Assembly (NCBI RefSeq): GCF_963921235.1
Contig: NC_086109.1
Coordinates: forward strand, 29,700,001-29,764,000
From: Mobula hypostoma
Lineage: Eukaryota
DNA: 64,000 bases
Direction of reading: 5' to 3'
The notes beneath the pieces are model-generated. The model saw only the letters and a list, made by a program, of their open reading frames with translations. It searched no databases and was not told the DNA's origin. Made by a program: the position numbers and the translations under genes. Positions 36,390 through 50,800 of the stretch are shown here, piece after piece (within the stretch, counting starts at the first letter, position 1; every line of letters starts with the position of its first letter).

Positions 36390-37735
36390 CTATTTCCCTT
36401 GAAATATTTTGAGCATATGGAAATTAGATAAGGGGGAACAAGTAGATCTTGTGTATTTAGATTTTCAGAAGCATCTGTAATAGCCTCCCACAGGAGGATG
36501 GTCAGAATAGTTAGAGCACTTAAATTGGGGGTGGGTGGCGGAGTGCAATGGTAAAGTACTGACAAGGATGAATTGGTAACGGACAGAACACAAAGAGCGG
36601 GAGTAGATGGAGTCTTTCCTGGGTTGAGCACCTCTGACTAGGGGGGCAGTCAGGCTTAATAATTGGGCCTCAAGTATTCACAATTTAAATCAATGATGGG
36701 ACTGAATATCCAGTTTTCAAGTTTGCTTATTTTCAATGTTGGAGTCAGTTGTGAGCAATGAGGAGAATATCGAGAGCCTTCAAGAGGATATCAGCAAACT
36801 ATATTGGGCAAGAACTTGACAGAATGGAAAATGAGATCAACACTTTGATGTACATAGAAGAAAAGCAGTGTGTGCTTTTTAAGTTGTGGAAGACTAGGAA
36901 GTACTAATATTCCAAGGGGCTTTGTGTCTTTGTTCACATGTCACTGAATGCTAACACACCAGAGTTACAAAAGCAAATAGTAAATTGCACATAAAGTACA
37001 GGAGGAACTCAGCAGGTCAGGCAGCATCTACGAAGAGGAATAAACAGTCAACATTTCGGGCCGAGACCCTTCATCTGTTTATACCCCTCCATAGACACTA
37101 CTTGACCTACTGAGTTTTTCCAAGATTTTGTATGTTACTCTGTATTTCCAGCATCTTTCAAATCTCTTGTATTTACAAATAATTAAGTTGTCCTTTCTAG
37201 AGGACTTGAGTTAAGATGCCTTACTATGTTTGTAAAGGATCTTGATGAGATTGCACAGCTTTGCTGGCCTTATCTAAAGCAGTATAAGATGTGCACCCAA
37301 GTAGTTTGAGGGACGTTATTTTGCTATATGATAAGTGATTGAATAGATTGGGCATGCATTCTCTGGAGCTTACAAGAATGAGAGAAAATCAAATTGAACC
37401 TTACAAAATCCTTACTGGATAAATGCAAGGAGGGTGTTTCACCTGTCTGACAACACCAGAATCGGGTCATAGTTTCAGAACGAAAGATGGGCCATTGGGG
37501 ACTGAAATGTAGAGAAACCACCTCAAACAGATATGGTGAATCTTTGGAGTTCTCTCCCCTGAAAGACGGTGTGTGAGGTTCATTCACTGAGTCAATTCAA
37601 AACAGGAAAGATTTCTGCCTATCAATGGATAAAGAGATTGTGCAGAAAGATGGAGCTGAGGTAAAAGAACAGCTTTAATCTTGATTAATAGTAGTGTAGG
37701 GTTGAAGTGTGGAAGACTTATTCCTGCTCTTAATG
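36390..37735 (+). mobile_element. Old decayed CR1 LINE with a nested Penelope-like palindrome (about 36987-37172)
   Basis: VDLVYLDFQK remnant at 36441-36470; RT and tail remnants to about 37735. Confidence 0.7.
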
Positions 37736-37772
37736 CTGGCTTACATTTTGTTAGTTTTTTCTTAGTGTAGAG

Positions 37773-37849
37773 CCAGGGTTCCCATCCTGGGGTCCACAGA
37801 CGCCTTGGTTAATGGGAGGGGTCTGTGGCATAAAGGTTGGGAACCCCTG
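37773..37849. mobile_element. 77-bp hAT MITE
   Basis: Inverted ends cagggttccca(t)cct / aggttgggaacccctg; 8-bp TSD gtgtagag/atgtagag. Confidence 0.82.
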
Positions 37850-38022
37850 ATGTAGAGGCTGCAAGACTGGGAGATCTTGTTTTTTTTAAATTAAAAGCTT
37901 TGGCGCGTTGCTCCAGTGCATCTTGTAAACAGTGTGCATTGTAGTCATGTTGTAACGCTGACATAAATAATGGGTGTCATAAATAATGGTTATGCCAGTT
38001 GGTTACGCTACCATGTGGAAAA

Positions 38023-38284
38023 GCATGGTAGCATTGTGGTTAGCATAACACTTCACAGTGCCAGCGATCTGGGTTCAATCCCCATCACTGTGGCCGAAGA
38101 CTTTGTATGTTCTCTCTCTGACCTTGTGGGTTTCTTCTGGGTGTTTCAGTTTCCTTCCACATGTCAATGATGTATGGGTTAGTAGGTTAATTGGTCACTT
38201 GGGTATACTTGGACAAAATGGGCTATTTGGACTGGAAGGGTCCATTACCATGCTGTCTCTCTAAAATATATAAAAAAATTAAAA
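38023..38284 (+). mobile_element. tRNA-headed V-core SINE (decayed)
   Basis: ggtagcattgtggttagc...gggttcaatccc head; gtgggtttcttctgggtgtttcagtttccttccacatgtc core; A-rich tail. Confidence 0.75.
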
Positions 38285-41184
38285 CTTCACAAGTGATGCC
38301 AGGCTTCTTGAGTGTTTCTGGAATTAGTTAGGCCAGACCAAATCATTCCACAGCACTTCTGACCCGCAGTTTTTCAATAGTGAAAGAGTTCAGTGAATCA
38401 TGAGGTGCATCACTTTTCATAGGATACAGTCACTTGTCCTTGTGATCAATTTTCTGGTCAGTGGAGGCACCCAGGACGTTGAAGGTGGAAGATTCACTAA
38501 GACTTGTGGAGATGTTTACACATCCTCTTGACATAGGCAACGTTGCCAGACTGATGTTATTTGTCACTTCGTCTTCCCCCTTCCTTTGAATGGGTCTAGG
38601 CCTGAAATGTCAACCATTTTTTCATTTTCATAGATGCTGCCTGACCTGTTGTGTTGTCACTTAACAGTCCAATTGTAGATATTGACTAGGTCTGCACATT
38701 TGAGGGTATGTGCCTGCAAATGAACAACACAATAACCAGCAAATATCCCCTTTTTTTATCCTTGTGGATGTAAAATTATTCAATTGCACTTGAGACATAC
38801 ATTATTGGCCCTAAGCATAAAAGGGACTATGTTAAACCAGGGAAATAATAATATTGTTTGGGCACATGATATGCCATTTAATTTTATATTATTTACCCAA
38901 ATGAAACTCCCTGTTCAAATGGGGTGTTACATTTTTTTTTTCTCTCAGCGATTTTTATTATCTGGAATTAGGAGTTTTTGTAGACTGGTTCTGCAGATGG
39001 TGCATGGTTTATAGAATTAACTTTTACCTTAATCACAATAATCTGCATTGTATGCTGTTCTCTTCTTTGGCACTGAATATATCAAATATGAAATGTCAGT
39101 AATTCAAAAATAAACCAGAATTCTAATGTATTTGTTTATGACTAAACTATTAAAATCAGCCATCCTCCCAAAATGTGAAATAATCAAATAAAATTATTAT
39201 CAACAATGTGCTCAAAAGATTAAATATCCTGTTCAAAACCTCCTGGAAAGTCAGATCCTGCTTAAAATCTTCTGGTGTTCCTTTCAGCTCCTATTTAAGC
39301 TGTGCATCACTGCTATTACCTTATTACATATGATCACAAGTTCTCTGAAGGATAATTATGTACATATGTTCCAAAAATAAAATAGAAAACCAGGATTAAA
39401 AATAATAACTTCCATTTCACATACAAAATAAATCATCAAACACAGGATGAGAGGTTTGACTTATTGCGAGGGGCCTGATTGACCTGCAGTCTTTAACAAA
39501 TGAGGATGATTTTTTGAAAGATTAAAAAATCCTCAAGTGTGCATATCAGGATAGGATGCCAAGGCATTTTCACCGGTGAGAAAATCTTCAATGAGGAGAC
39601 AATTACAATAAGAGGGGCTGGGCATTAAAAATTTCTTCATGGAGGGTAGCGAATCTTTGGTGTTTTGGAACTTGCTTTCATTGTCCCACCCTTCCTGAGT
39701 TCTGTGATTTCTATTAACCAAATAATTATTCAACAAATTCTTGGCGTCATTCATTCCTTTACTTTACTGTCGGTATATGTGCACTCCAGGCCCCACACCT
39801 CAAACTTAACAATTTCTTACCCAAGCGTTTACACTATTTTTTTTCTGGCAAAAAAAATGCAGATCTGGAAATCTAAAATGGGATATGCTGACATGAGCGG
39901 GTGAGAAAAGGTTTAAAATTTCAAATGAGTGAATCAACTGAAGAATTTGTTGTTGCACATTGCATTTCATCTACAAAATGATCAAACTTTCTTCCATATT
40001 CATATCTTTAACTCTTAACCTGCAAGAAAGTATATTTTACAGCCCTTTTGCTTGAATGAATATTTATAAATATTACTCAAATGAAACAACAGGGTGAAAT
40101 TCCTGTGCTTTACCTGGCAGCAGACTGTTAGCAAAGGTGTGGTGCTGATGAAGTCATTATGACCCACCCGTGAACACAGGTAAGAGTTTCAGTGAAACTC
40201 AGATTTATAGATCTTTGCATGAATCATTCCATGTGATTTAATCTCCCACAATACAAAGGCCACCCATGTATAAAGTGATTCTCAGATCATTCACATGAAC
40301 ATAGCAAAATGCCAAAGAGCTAACCTCAGGAGTTAACTTCCTTTTCAAATTAATTTCCACAGTGAAATAATGTGTCATATAAGAAAGAACCAAGTGCATA
40401 TTTCTCATGTGCCATCTGATGACATGGAAATGAAACATTTTAGACAGATTAATTGAGGATTAAAGATCCTCGTTTATAAAGCAGCCACCTGTTTCACTGA
40501 GGATTAGTCAACACTAAGCGTCAAATAAATAAGATTGCTCTCATTCTCAAATTAGGCACTTGGAGTCTTTTTGCCAGCAAATTCCCACAGGTGAACATGT
40601 ACGTATCATGACAAATTTGTCACTGAGGCATCTTTAGATGATTGATAATTTTTAGGGAGGATGGGGGTTATTAATTCCCAGGGAGCAACAGAATCTATGG
40701 GAACTAACCTGGGAATTATGGATCTAACCCTGACTCAAATAAACAGGAGTGAAATCAGGATCCTTGGATTCAGATTTTCCTGAAATGTCTGGTCAAAGAT
40801 TCAGGGGGCTTGTCAAATAGCTCACATCTCTCTAACTTGATCTCTTGACAAATGTGTTAATATTTTTTAAAAATTGCAATGCTTTGACTGAACTTTAATA
40901 CCCTATATATGATTCTAATAAATAGATTGAGTCATCATTCCAGTAACATTGAATAATACGAAGTACACATTAAGCAGACCAGGCTCATCTCTGGATGACC
41001 TCCAGTGGACAACAGGCATATATATCTATTCCTATTGATCTTAGTATCTAAGGGTCAGGAAGGAGACTTGGTTCACAGTTGACTTTCTAGCAAATGACTG
41101 ATGTTCATATATTGAGTTAAAATAGAGTTGTTTCTCTCCTATTTAAGGCCAGATACTCAATTGACATTTACAATTGTCTTGGCA

Positions 41185-41492
41185 ATACATACATATAGGC
41201 ATCCGTTAGTCTGATGAGACAGTGGATTTGCGCCTTGGAAGGTTTCCAGGGCGCAAGCCTGGGCAAGGTTGTACGGCAGTTGCCCATGCTGCAAGTCTCC
41301 CCTCTCCACGCCACTGATGTTGTCCAAGGGAAGGGCATTAGGATCCATGCAGTTTGGCACCAGTGTTGTCACACAGCAATGTGTGGTTAAATGCCTTGCT
41401 CAAAGACACAACACGCTGCCTCAGCCAAGGCTCGAACTAGCGACCTTCAGATCACTAGACGAACGCCTTAACCACTTGGCTGTGTGCCAACA
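41185..41492 (-). mobile_element. tRNA-derived SINE (same family as 24333-24643)
   Basis: Aligns by eye to 24333-24643. Confidence 0.85.
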
Positions 41493-41884
41493 CATAAGAG
41501 TAGCCCTACCAACAACCTACAACTGGCATACAAAATTCACAATGGCATCCAGAACCATTAATGACCACGGTGACGAAAAGAAATAAAGTAACAAATGGTA
41601 TCCAAATAGTGGTTTGCTAATGACATACAGTCAGGGGGGTGGAGAACTCTTGTAATAACCTAGTTGGCTTTAAACTCCCATTTGAAGCGAGCTATAAATC
41701 CAGTAATTGGAATTAAAACCTCTAAAATAGTTTAAACAGGGTCCGGTACCTTCTCAGGGAACAAGGAAAAGAGATTAACAGCAGCACTTCTTCACCACTT
41801 GCGGGCTGAGAATAAACGCAAAAGGAAAAATTGTTTGCAGCAATCCTACACCAGGTCTTTCTAAGAAGTATGTACTATACATGA

Positions 41885-42465
41885 GGCCTCATGTAGGTTG
41901 GGGTCAACCATAGCTATTGCATCCTAACTGTATACGTGATATGCAAGCCAGAGCAGTACGATATTGGGGGGGGAACTGTTGCCCATGCAGCAGGCCCCCC
42001 CCTCCATGTAGCTGACAAACCCAAAGGAACAGCAGAAATCGATGCAGTTTGGCACCAGCAGCATTTGCTGGACCTTCCAGTCAGCATTGAATGTTGGACC
42101 GCCTTAGGGTTTCCAGCTCTGAATTTTTCCCTCTGGGTTTACTCATGAAGCCTACCTCATGAGTGGGTATAGACACAAGGCAACGGAGGTTTGAGATCAG
42201 AGTTTTCCTCCTCTTAGGTGAGCTGTCAACCACATCTGACAAGCCCCATCTGCTCGAAACAACTGGTTTTAAAGTGCCAGTAACCTGCCTTTGTTCCTTC
42301 TCCTGCCAATAGAAATAGTTCCACCATTTCCTATTAGCTAGGCCACAAATGAAGGCCAGGAGCTGGACATGGTTAGCAGAGGCTATTTGAACGCATACCA
42401 TTGGAAGCATTTAATAGGTTTTGGGAGTTTGAGCCCACTACCTCCCCTGGCTTTTCAAAACCATA
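41885..42465 (-). mobile_element. Older RTE-like non-autonomous retroposon
   Basis: Homologous to 57770-58345 (gttgcccatgca, gtttggcaccag, atcagagttttcctcctct). Confidence 0.65.
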
Positions 42466-42984
42466 AGGAACCAAGTACGTATGTACATTTTCCTAATGAA
42501 ACGTATACCACTGCAACTGCCAATGATATCGATTTACTTTGTGTAGTTTAATTTAGTAACTATTCTGCTTTTAGTACATGCTCATTCATGGTGGAAACAT
42601 ACACTTGATTTAAAGTCCAATTAAAACAACATTAAAATAAGTCCTGGGCTTCTGGGCACAGATGATTTCCCAGTGTTGCACTAGAGAATTTCCTCTTGCT
42701 GTATATCTTTTTTGGTTCCTCACCAATATGATTTCCTTTTCTGGCCTCAGCAAGACAATAATAAGTAATGGCTTTCTGTTTAAGAGATTTTTAGGAGTAG
42801 TTTGGTTGCTGTTTCTTACAGTCAAGAGAAAGTGGCAAGATGGTGTAGCAGCTGCTGCGACACAGCTCCTGATGGCTCGAATTGATCCCCAACTCGACTG
42901 CAGTAAAAAATAGTTTCCTGATTTATCAAAGCTTCCTGATTTTTAGTACTTAGTTTCCCTATTAATAAACACAAATGTCTTGTC

Positions 42985-44640
42985 AGCTTTCCCAACACTG
43001 GGTTGTGGGAGAGAACTGGAGTACCTGCAGGAGTTGCATGTGGAGTGTCTGCGAATGACATGACTTGGTGTTGTATCTGAAGTCCAAGGTATACAAGATG
43101 GACAGGAAGGGAGCCAATGCAATCCCCTGTGGAGCCCCAGTGCTGCTCATAGCCATGTCTGACAGACAGCTCTGAAGCCACTCAAACTGTGGTCTGCCAG
43201 TCAGCTAGTCCATTATCCAGGATACAATGGAGGTGCCAATCTGCATTGAATGGAGCTTTACCCCCAGCAATGAGGGCTGTATGGTATTGAAGACACTTGA
43301 GAAATCAAAAAACATGATACTTGCAGTGCTGCCCTGCTTATCCAAATGGGAGCAGGCTCTGTTCAGCAGGTAGATGACAGCATCATCGACTCCAATATGC
43401 TCCTGGTAGGCAAACTGCAGGGGATCAAGTCCGATCTGACCGGGGGTTGGAGGTGAGCCAGAACTAGTCTCTCTAGGGTCTTCATGACGTGTAAGGTGAG
43501 GTAATAGTCATTCAGAACTTTTGGTTGGGCCTTCTCGGGTACTGGGACCACACATGACATTTTCCCCACAGTCAGGACCCTTTCCAGGCTGAGGCTCAGA
43601 TCGAAAATGCACTGGAGAATTCCACACGGCTGCTCAGTACACTCCTTCAGAACCTGAGGGTTCGCAAAATCCAGTCCCAATGCTTTGCCGTGCCTAATTT
43701 TCCCCAGAGCCCTTCTCACCTGCTCAGTAGTGAAAGTGAGTCCATGATGACTGGGGAGTTGATGGAATATGGGGTCTGGGGGAGGTGAAGGATGGGATGA
43801 TAGCAGTTGGTATGTGGAGGTGTAGATCAAGGAGGGAATGTAGACAGTGGTAGCCTGTGTTGTTCATCCGCATGTTGAACTGGCGGGGGGGGGAGGTGGT
43901 GTTGGTGGGGAAGGGGGAAGGAGGAAGGAGGGGATGCTTTGGTGCTGAAGGAGCATTGGATGCTTCAGCACCTGTACTGGTGTGCTAAAGATGGTGTGAA
44001 CAGCAGGGCAATTGTTAAACCTATTGAAATATTGGTTTAAATCATTAGCCCATTCACGGCTGCATTCCGAGATTCTACAGCTACACTGATTGAAGCCAGT
44101 GATGTTCTTCATGCTTCTCCACACCTCCCTTGTGCTACTCTGCCCAAGCTTGTTCTCCAGCTTTCTCGTGCATTCCTCTTTAGACACCCTGATCTCCTCC
44201 TTAAGCTCCCTCTGCACATTTCAGTTCCTCCCTGTCTCCTGATCTAAAGCCTCTCTTTTTGTGGTTGAGAAGAGTCTGCAGGTCACTGGTGACCCATTGT
44301 TTGTTGTTGGGGAAGCAGCAAACAGTCCTTGATGGTATTGCAGTGTCCACACAGAAGTTGATGTCCTCACTTATTGTTCACAAAGCACATTCCAGTCAGT
44401 AACATCAAAGCAGCCCTTCAAGGCCTCAATGGCCTCTAGAGACCATTTCTTATCTTGGTGGTAGCTAGCTGTTGCTGTACTTTTGGGGTTATATGAGGGC
44501 ATGAGGTGAACCAGGTTGTGATCTGATCTTCCAAGTCGGCTGTGGAGAGGAGAGCTGTGGAGCTGTATGCGTCTTTAACATTTGCATACAAGAGATCCAA
44601 TGCTTTATTTTCCCATGTATGACAAGAGCACCAGTTAAAC
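42985..44640 (-). mobile_element. Rex1/Babar LINE internal fragment (endonuclease end to RT)
   Basis: ORFs 44436-44642 (LDLLYANVKDAY), 43864-44217 (REVWRSMKNITG) and 43363-43830 (FDLSLSLERV...VVPVPEK...MKTLERLV). Confidence 0.88.
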
Positions 44641-47439
44641 ATATGGATACTACCTCAGGAATGCTAATTCACAAGTTGCAGAGTAAGAATCCAAAACCTT
44701 CAAGTATTGTGTGACCCATAGCCAACGGACATTACATCTGGTGGAAGTTAGAATTAGGTTTTATTTGTCAGTTGATTAATTTCACAATGGGATGCTTTCA
44801 TCTTGGCTGATAGCATAGTTTTTTTTAAATAAAGGGTCTTCTCATTGAAATATTAACTCAATTTCCCTTGCCACAGATTCTGCTTGACTTTCTCAGCATC
44901 TTCAATTTTAATTTCAAATTCTTATGAGCTGCAGTCTTCTTATTTTCCTGTCATTTGTATGTGGAGGTATTGTAGCTGGAGGAAGGTTCATGGTTGAAAA
45001 AGAAGTCCTTTAACAATATAAAGCAGTGTAAAGAAGAATCATAATGAACCTCAACAGAGTGGTGTTGGAGCCATTTCCAAAGCAAAAGACAATGAGTTAA
45101 TCTGATTTATTTTAGCAGATTAGGTTTTAACAGTTTGTTTGGAAAAGCTTGCTGGTGCGTCAAGCTCCTTTTAATTCATAAGGTCGAAGGGTCTATGTGG
45201 AGCCCATTAGTTAATCAAGAATAATTTTAATGTATTAATTCACTGCTGCGGCAATCTGCTTCAGTATATTTGTTTGTTTCGTTATCATTTGCATCGTTAC
45301 TGAAGGCTGTAGCAGGTGAAATTATCAATTGCCTTTCTTTCATCCACTGATTTTATAGACATGAAGTCTAACTTTAATCAAGAAATTTATTATCCCTAGT
45401 TTCTAGGACAAGCGGAAAGGTAAGGTGTCCAGGATAAAGTTAAGTACATTTGCCAAGTGTGCTGGGAAAGTTAAGAAAATCAGTGACACTTTAGCTTTCT
45501 TTGGCATATTAGCTATGCAGTATGATATTTCAATGAAATTGCTTTTTTTTCCAGAGAGATTAAGCAATAATCCCTTGAAATTAATATTTTCCAAATTCTT
45601 GGGGATAAACTACATGTCAATTTATTCAAAAGTATTTCTCACCAATTTCATATGTAACTGAAGCATAACTTCCCAATTTTGGTATTCAGCTTCCTTATCA
45701 ATAAACGTTAATATACTGTCTGCTTTCTGAATAAGTGCATCAAATGTTAGGGTATCCAGATCTATTTGCATTTCAGGATAACACACGTTATCTTTGGCAT
45801 TTCTTATGACCACAGAACATAGCTAGATGTAAGGATTTTAATAAGATTCTCCAGTCCATTTTGTATTATATTGAATTTGTAGTTAGGTAAGTGATTGTTT
45901 TGAACTTGCAGTTTATAATCTAAAACTGTGCTGCCTGTATCAAATTGTTTTTACACAAAAAGAAAGATTTTTCATTGCTCTACTGATTTGCACTCCCAGC
46001 AATGCAAACAACAATTGGGATCTGCATGACAAACAGTCCCCAGCCAACAGTGTGTAAGATTTTCTCTCTCCAGGTCAAATTGATGAACTGAGAGGAATCA
46101 CTAAAGACTGCAGGTGCAGGAATCTGAAACAAGAGACAAGTGACTACTGGAACTCAATACGTCAGGTAGCATCTGTGGAGGGAAATGTACAGACAATGTT
46201 TTGGCTCAAAACATTGGACTGTTGTTGCTAATCATAAACATGAGAAAGTCTGCAGATGCTGGAAGTGTGTGTGTCTGTTGACTTCGTTGCTCATATTTGT
46301 TGATGATGAACTAAGTGCCTTGATCAGTTATCAACATTAGAACCCCTGAGTTCTGTATTCTGTGAACGCTGCAGTGACTAGAATCCACTAGGCTCTGAAA
46401 AGCGTCTATCTCAGAACTGGAGTACCTGCAGTGTATATTCCTGTGGCCGCGTAGAGTTTTCCTATTCTTTATATAAATTCCTGTGGGTGCTTCAGTTCTT
46501 TCACACAACACAAAGACACAGTGGAATTTTTACGGGCTACTATTAATTATTCCTTAATGCAGGTTAATGACAAAAGGAGCCAAAGTGGAGTTGATAGGCT
46601 TGTCCGAGACTGAATATACGGCAAGGCAGTAAGGAGTGAGAGGACGGTCTAATGAGATTGCTTCCCAAGAACTGCATGAATCTTTTGGTCTTAAAGTCTT
46701 CTTTCTGTTCTATTCCATCTATGTTCCATTCCATTCATATCCTGAGCAACACACACAAAATGCTGGGGGGCAATAAACAGCCAACATTTCGGGCTGAGTT
46801 CCTTCATCAGGACTCTTCAGTCATATCCTGCCTCACTATTCCCCTGAGAAGTAATTAACAAAATATTGCTAAGGATAGATTTGAAATTTCATTGGATGGA
46901 TTACAGATCAAGCCTTGAGTTGGAATGCTAACCAACATTTCTCACCGTGAACTGCAGAAGCATATTACCATAATCCTAAAGACCACTCCATGGATAAAGT
47001 CCATTTCTCCTGGTAGGGCAGAGCTTTGGCAGCAACTGGAAACCAGGAAAGGTGGATATCACAAGCTAGATTAATGAAGATCTATCATACGCATGTACAG
47101 AGAAGGCAACAACATCCAGAATTCATTTTCCCAGGCACATGATTTTCTCATCAAGCTTTTGACAATGTGGGATGACCTATAAAGGATCAGATGTATTAGC
47201 TACAGTAGGTCCTCCAGGTCAAAGTCCAATGTTGTATATAAGCTAAACAAAAATTTAAACACTGCAAATGCTGAATATCTGAAATAAAGCAAAATTAACC
47301 TTTTCCTTTTTCACAGATGCTGCCAGGTTTTCTGAGATTTTCCAGCGGTTTCTGTTTTTATTGCATACGAGCCATTTGATCTAGATTGCTGTGCCTTCCT
47401 AGCTAAAAAAATATTATTCTGATCTTTCTTCAGCCTTTT

Positions 47440-47897
47440 ACTTCCACTGATCACCTCTCAGATTCTTACCTCATCCTTTCTCCCCCCCCCACCCCACCCT
47501 CCCTCACTTGGTTTCACTTATCACGTGGGGCTTATACTCTTTCCCTCCACCCTCCACCTTCCTATTCTGGCTTTCTTCTCCTCCGTCACCCCCTCCATCA
47601 CCTTCCTTTCCAATCCTGATGAAGGGTCTCAGTCCAAACTGTTGGCTGTTCATTCCTCTCCATAGATCCTGCCTGACTTGCTGAGTTACTCCAGCATTGT
47701 GTGTGTTTTACTGTGGATTTCCAGCATCTGCAGAATCTACCCCCCCCAACCCCCGACTCCGACTCCTCATCATTTTTCCCCAGTCCTGCTGAAGGGTATC
47801 GGCCCAAGACATCGACTATACTCTTTTCCACAGATGCTGCCTGGCCTGCTGAGTTCTTCCAGCATTTTGTGTGTTTTCTGCAGAATCTCCTGTTTAT
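47440..47897 (+). mobile_element. Two adjacent Penelope-like terminal repeats in the same orientation
   Basis: Decayed hammerhead motifs at about 47612 (tcctgatgaagggtctcagtccaaac) and about 47782 (gtcctgctgaagggtatcggcccaagac). Confidence 0.75.
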
Positions 47898-50800
47898 GAC
47901 TGCAAAGTGCATTCTTCCTTTCAACTGTGAACTCCCCCCCCACCCCCAAATAAAACTTCCAGTTTGAATCATGTATTTTGTGGGCAGGGGATCCTTTAGT
48001 GATGCAATTAGAATGAACAGTGTAAACCTTAAATGACATGAATTTAACATGAATAGGTACAGTTTTATTTTTTATTGTACCTCCTAAGAACTGTACTGGC
48101 TCCTCCAAACATCTAACACAGATGTTCTATAAATGTCTTCAGCAATATTTTCAAGTCCTGTTCTCATGCTGTGGCTGGGAGTATTTGGCAATTTATCCTC
48201 AAATCAAGATGGAGAATAACAAGCACTAGATACAGGGGCAAATTCATTTGCAAGAGTACCATGACTCCAATTTGGATGAATGTTTATTATGTTTAAAAGT
48301 CATAAATTTTTAAAAATCAACAGAACTATCAAATGCAATTATAAATCCCATTACTAAGATCAGAGACAATTTTATTTGTACCCAGATGATCTGAATTTAA
48401 TTTTCTGGCTACACATCTGGCAATATTTACATATCTGCTTGATTAATTTCCTGGAGGGACAGCATTCTTCCAGAAACACATAATGCGCCCGTCCCCAGCT
48501 GCCCTGTGAAGAGGGTTAAAATGATTTGGTGGGTTTCTGTCCCCTAGATTGACAATCATTTAGTCCATGAAACATGGGGTTAGTACGTAACCTGGGCCGC
48601 ATGCCATGAAGGAAGCTCAAGTGACCCCACAAATGGCTTACCATCTGGTTTCTGTACAAACACCATGTTCCTTAGAGCCAAATCAAATATAGTCAGTGAG
48701 ACTTTGAAAGTGCAGCCATCATTTTAAGATGGAATAGGATGGCATATGCTCTGTGTGCACTCCAGTAAAACCATTGGAACACAAAGGTAATATTTTTTAA
48801 TTGATCAGTGGGAATAGGTTGGCGTAGCTGCACTATCGCTTTGCATAAAACTAACTTGGATTTCTTTCCACGGAAGTGTATTCTGCAAAAGCCCTGAATT
48901 TGATCCAAAGTTTCTGATAATTTACAAACTGTACTTCTGTTTCTAAGCTTGGTTCCTGGAAATTTTGATGGAACTCTGAATTAAGCCTCCTCCTTCATTC
49001 AATTCTCTTTTAATAGGCATAAAAACCCTGCAGCCTGTGAGTATTAGCTGGAGGGTCACATGGGCTTTGCTGCTGTGTTCATTGTCCTTTACCTGTGTGA
49101 ATAAATCATCTACTGATATCGAGTCCCTCTAATGTTGATTTTGAGCCCACTTTTGCAAAAGTGAACTTTGGTAAATGTATCAATACTGCCATGAAAAAAT
49201 CTGTAGATACTGGAAATCCAAAGCAACAGAAAAACAAAATGCTGGAGGAACTCAGCAGGTCAGGCAGCATCTATGGAAAAGAGCAAACAGTCGATTATTT
49301 TGGGCGCCTGAAATGTCGAGTGTTTACTCCTTTCCATAGATGGGGCCTGGTCTTCTTTGTTCCCCTAGCATTTTGTGCATCACCACTGCTTTGGCAGCTT
49401 TTAGAAAGTAATTTCCTAACCAGCAATCCATAAAGGGAGCAATTGAGGATGTGTTGATATCAAAGTAAGTATTTCAGGTAAGAAGAATAATAATATTCCC
49501 CACTTGTTCATTGAAGTGTTTTGGAACATTAACCTCTCTCAGTCAGCTTTCCAATCTTCTGTCTTCTCAATTGTCTCATTTTTCCCACCATCACCTTCTG
49601 TTGACCCCTTTTTATCTCCATCACACTACTAATGATCAATTCCTACACCACCTGTTAACTGTTACAAGTGATGTAATAACAACATTCAAATCCTCTCTCC
49701 CAACTTTGTTCTTATAGCAAGTTTGACCTCATTATCATTTAATGTTATCAAATATCTGATGTTATTCCATGTAGAAAATTATTAACTGGGGTGTGTTGTA
49801 ATGGTAACTGCTTGTAGCAACCTGGAGAATGAACAATAAAAAGGAAGCCCTGGTATATGTCAGCTAAAATGGAGAGGACCACCCAGAATCCCAACAAAAG
49901 TAATTGATAGAAGGTATACTGGATTTCCTACATTATCCAACTGCTCACCCTGTCAAGCATCTCCTATTCCACATGCTGCAGAGTCTACCAAATTCATATC
50001 AGTCATCTGAGAACCAATAGGATTGAATTAGGTGTGAATTAATCAAGAAAATAGTACAAGTTGAGTTAATTAAAATCACCAGATAATTTCAGGCAAAATA
50101 TTGGAAGGTGAATGTTGCAGCAATTTGTAAATATGACCAAATCTTGATAGTTAAGACCTCATGACATATAATTGAATCCATTAAGTCTTGCCGGCATTAG
50201 TTTTATTTTAGAGCTTTGTCACCCCAAAGCACTAATGGACCATTTCTGTGTTTGACTGTTTTTTTTTTATATACAGCTATCTAAAGAACAAAATGCACAA
50301 TTGATCACAAAAATAATTGCCTTGTACTATTCTCTGAAGACAAAATTAAGTGACTTTTGAGTCACAATCAATAAGATTCAAGAGCAAAATAATAACCAGG
50401 GTTTCTGCTCATTAAGGGACTTTAGGTTCTCCCAGAGCACCACACATGAGCATTGTTTTATTTTACTTTTTTAAAAATGACACCCAGCTATGTAACATTG
50501 GAGCAAAGGGCCAAAGGTTTGGTCAAGGTAAGTGTTAAAGAACCATCTTGAATGAATGATGAGCTGGAAACTCAGGCATTAAGGCTTTGGCAGCTAAGAG
50601 CATAACCTCTATGATTGAGCAACCAAGTTTTACAGATGATTAATAAGAAATTCTGTGTTCTTGTGCAAAGATGCGTTAAAGTTTACAGATCTATTAACAG
50701 TCTCACAATGAAGAGAATGGACTGAGAAAGTTATGTGAGATGCACTAATGAAGCAATAACATATGACAATATTACAATTCTGTACACAGAAAATCTTGTA

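Noticed and set aside
42295..42465. Possible HDV-like ribozyme at the 5' end of the second RTE-like family (also about 58190-58345)
   Set aside because: A P2-like pairing (ctcctg/caggag) is visible but no P1 could be assigned. One copy is decayed and the other lacks the segment.
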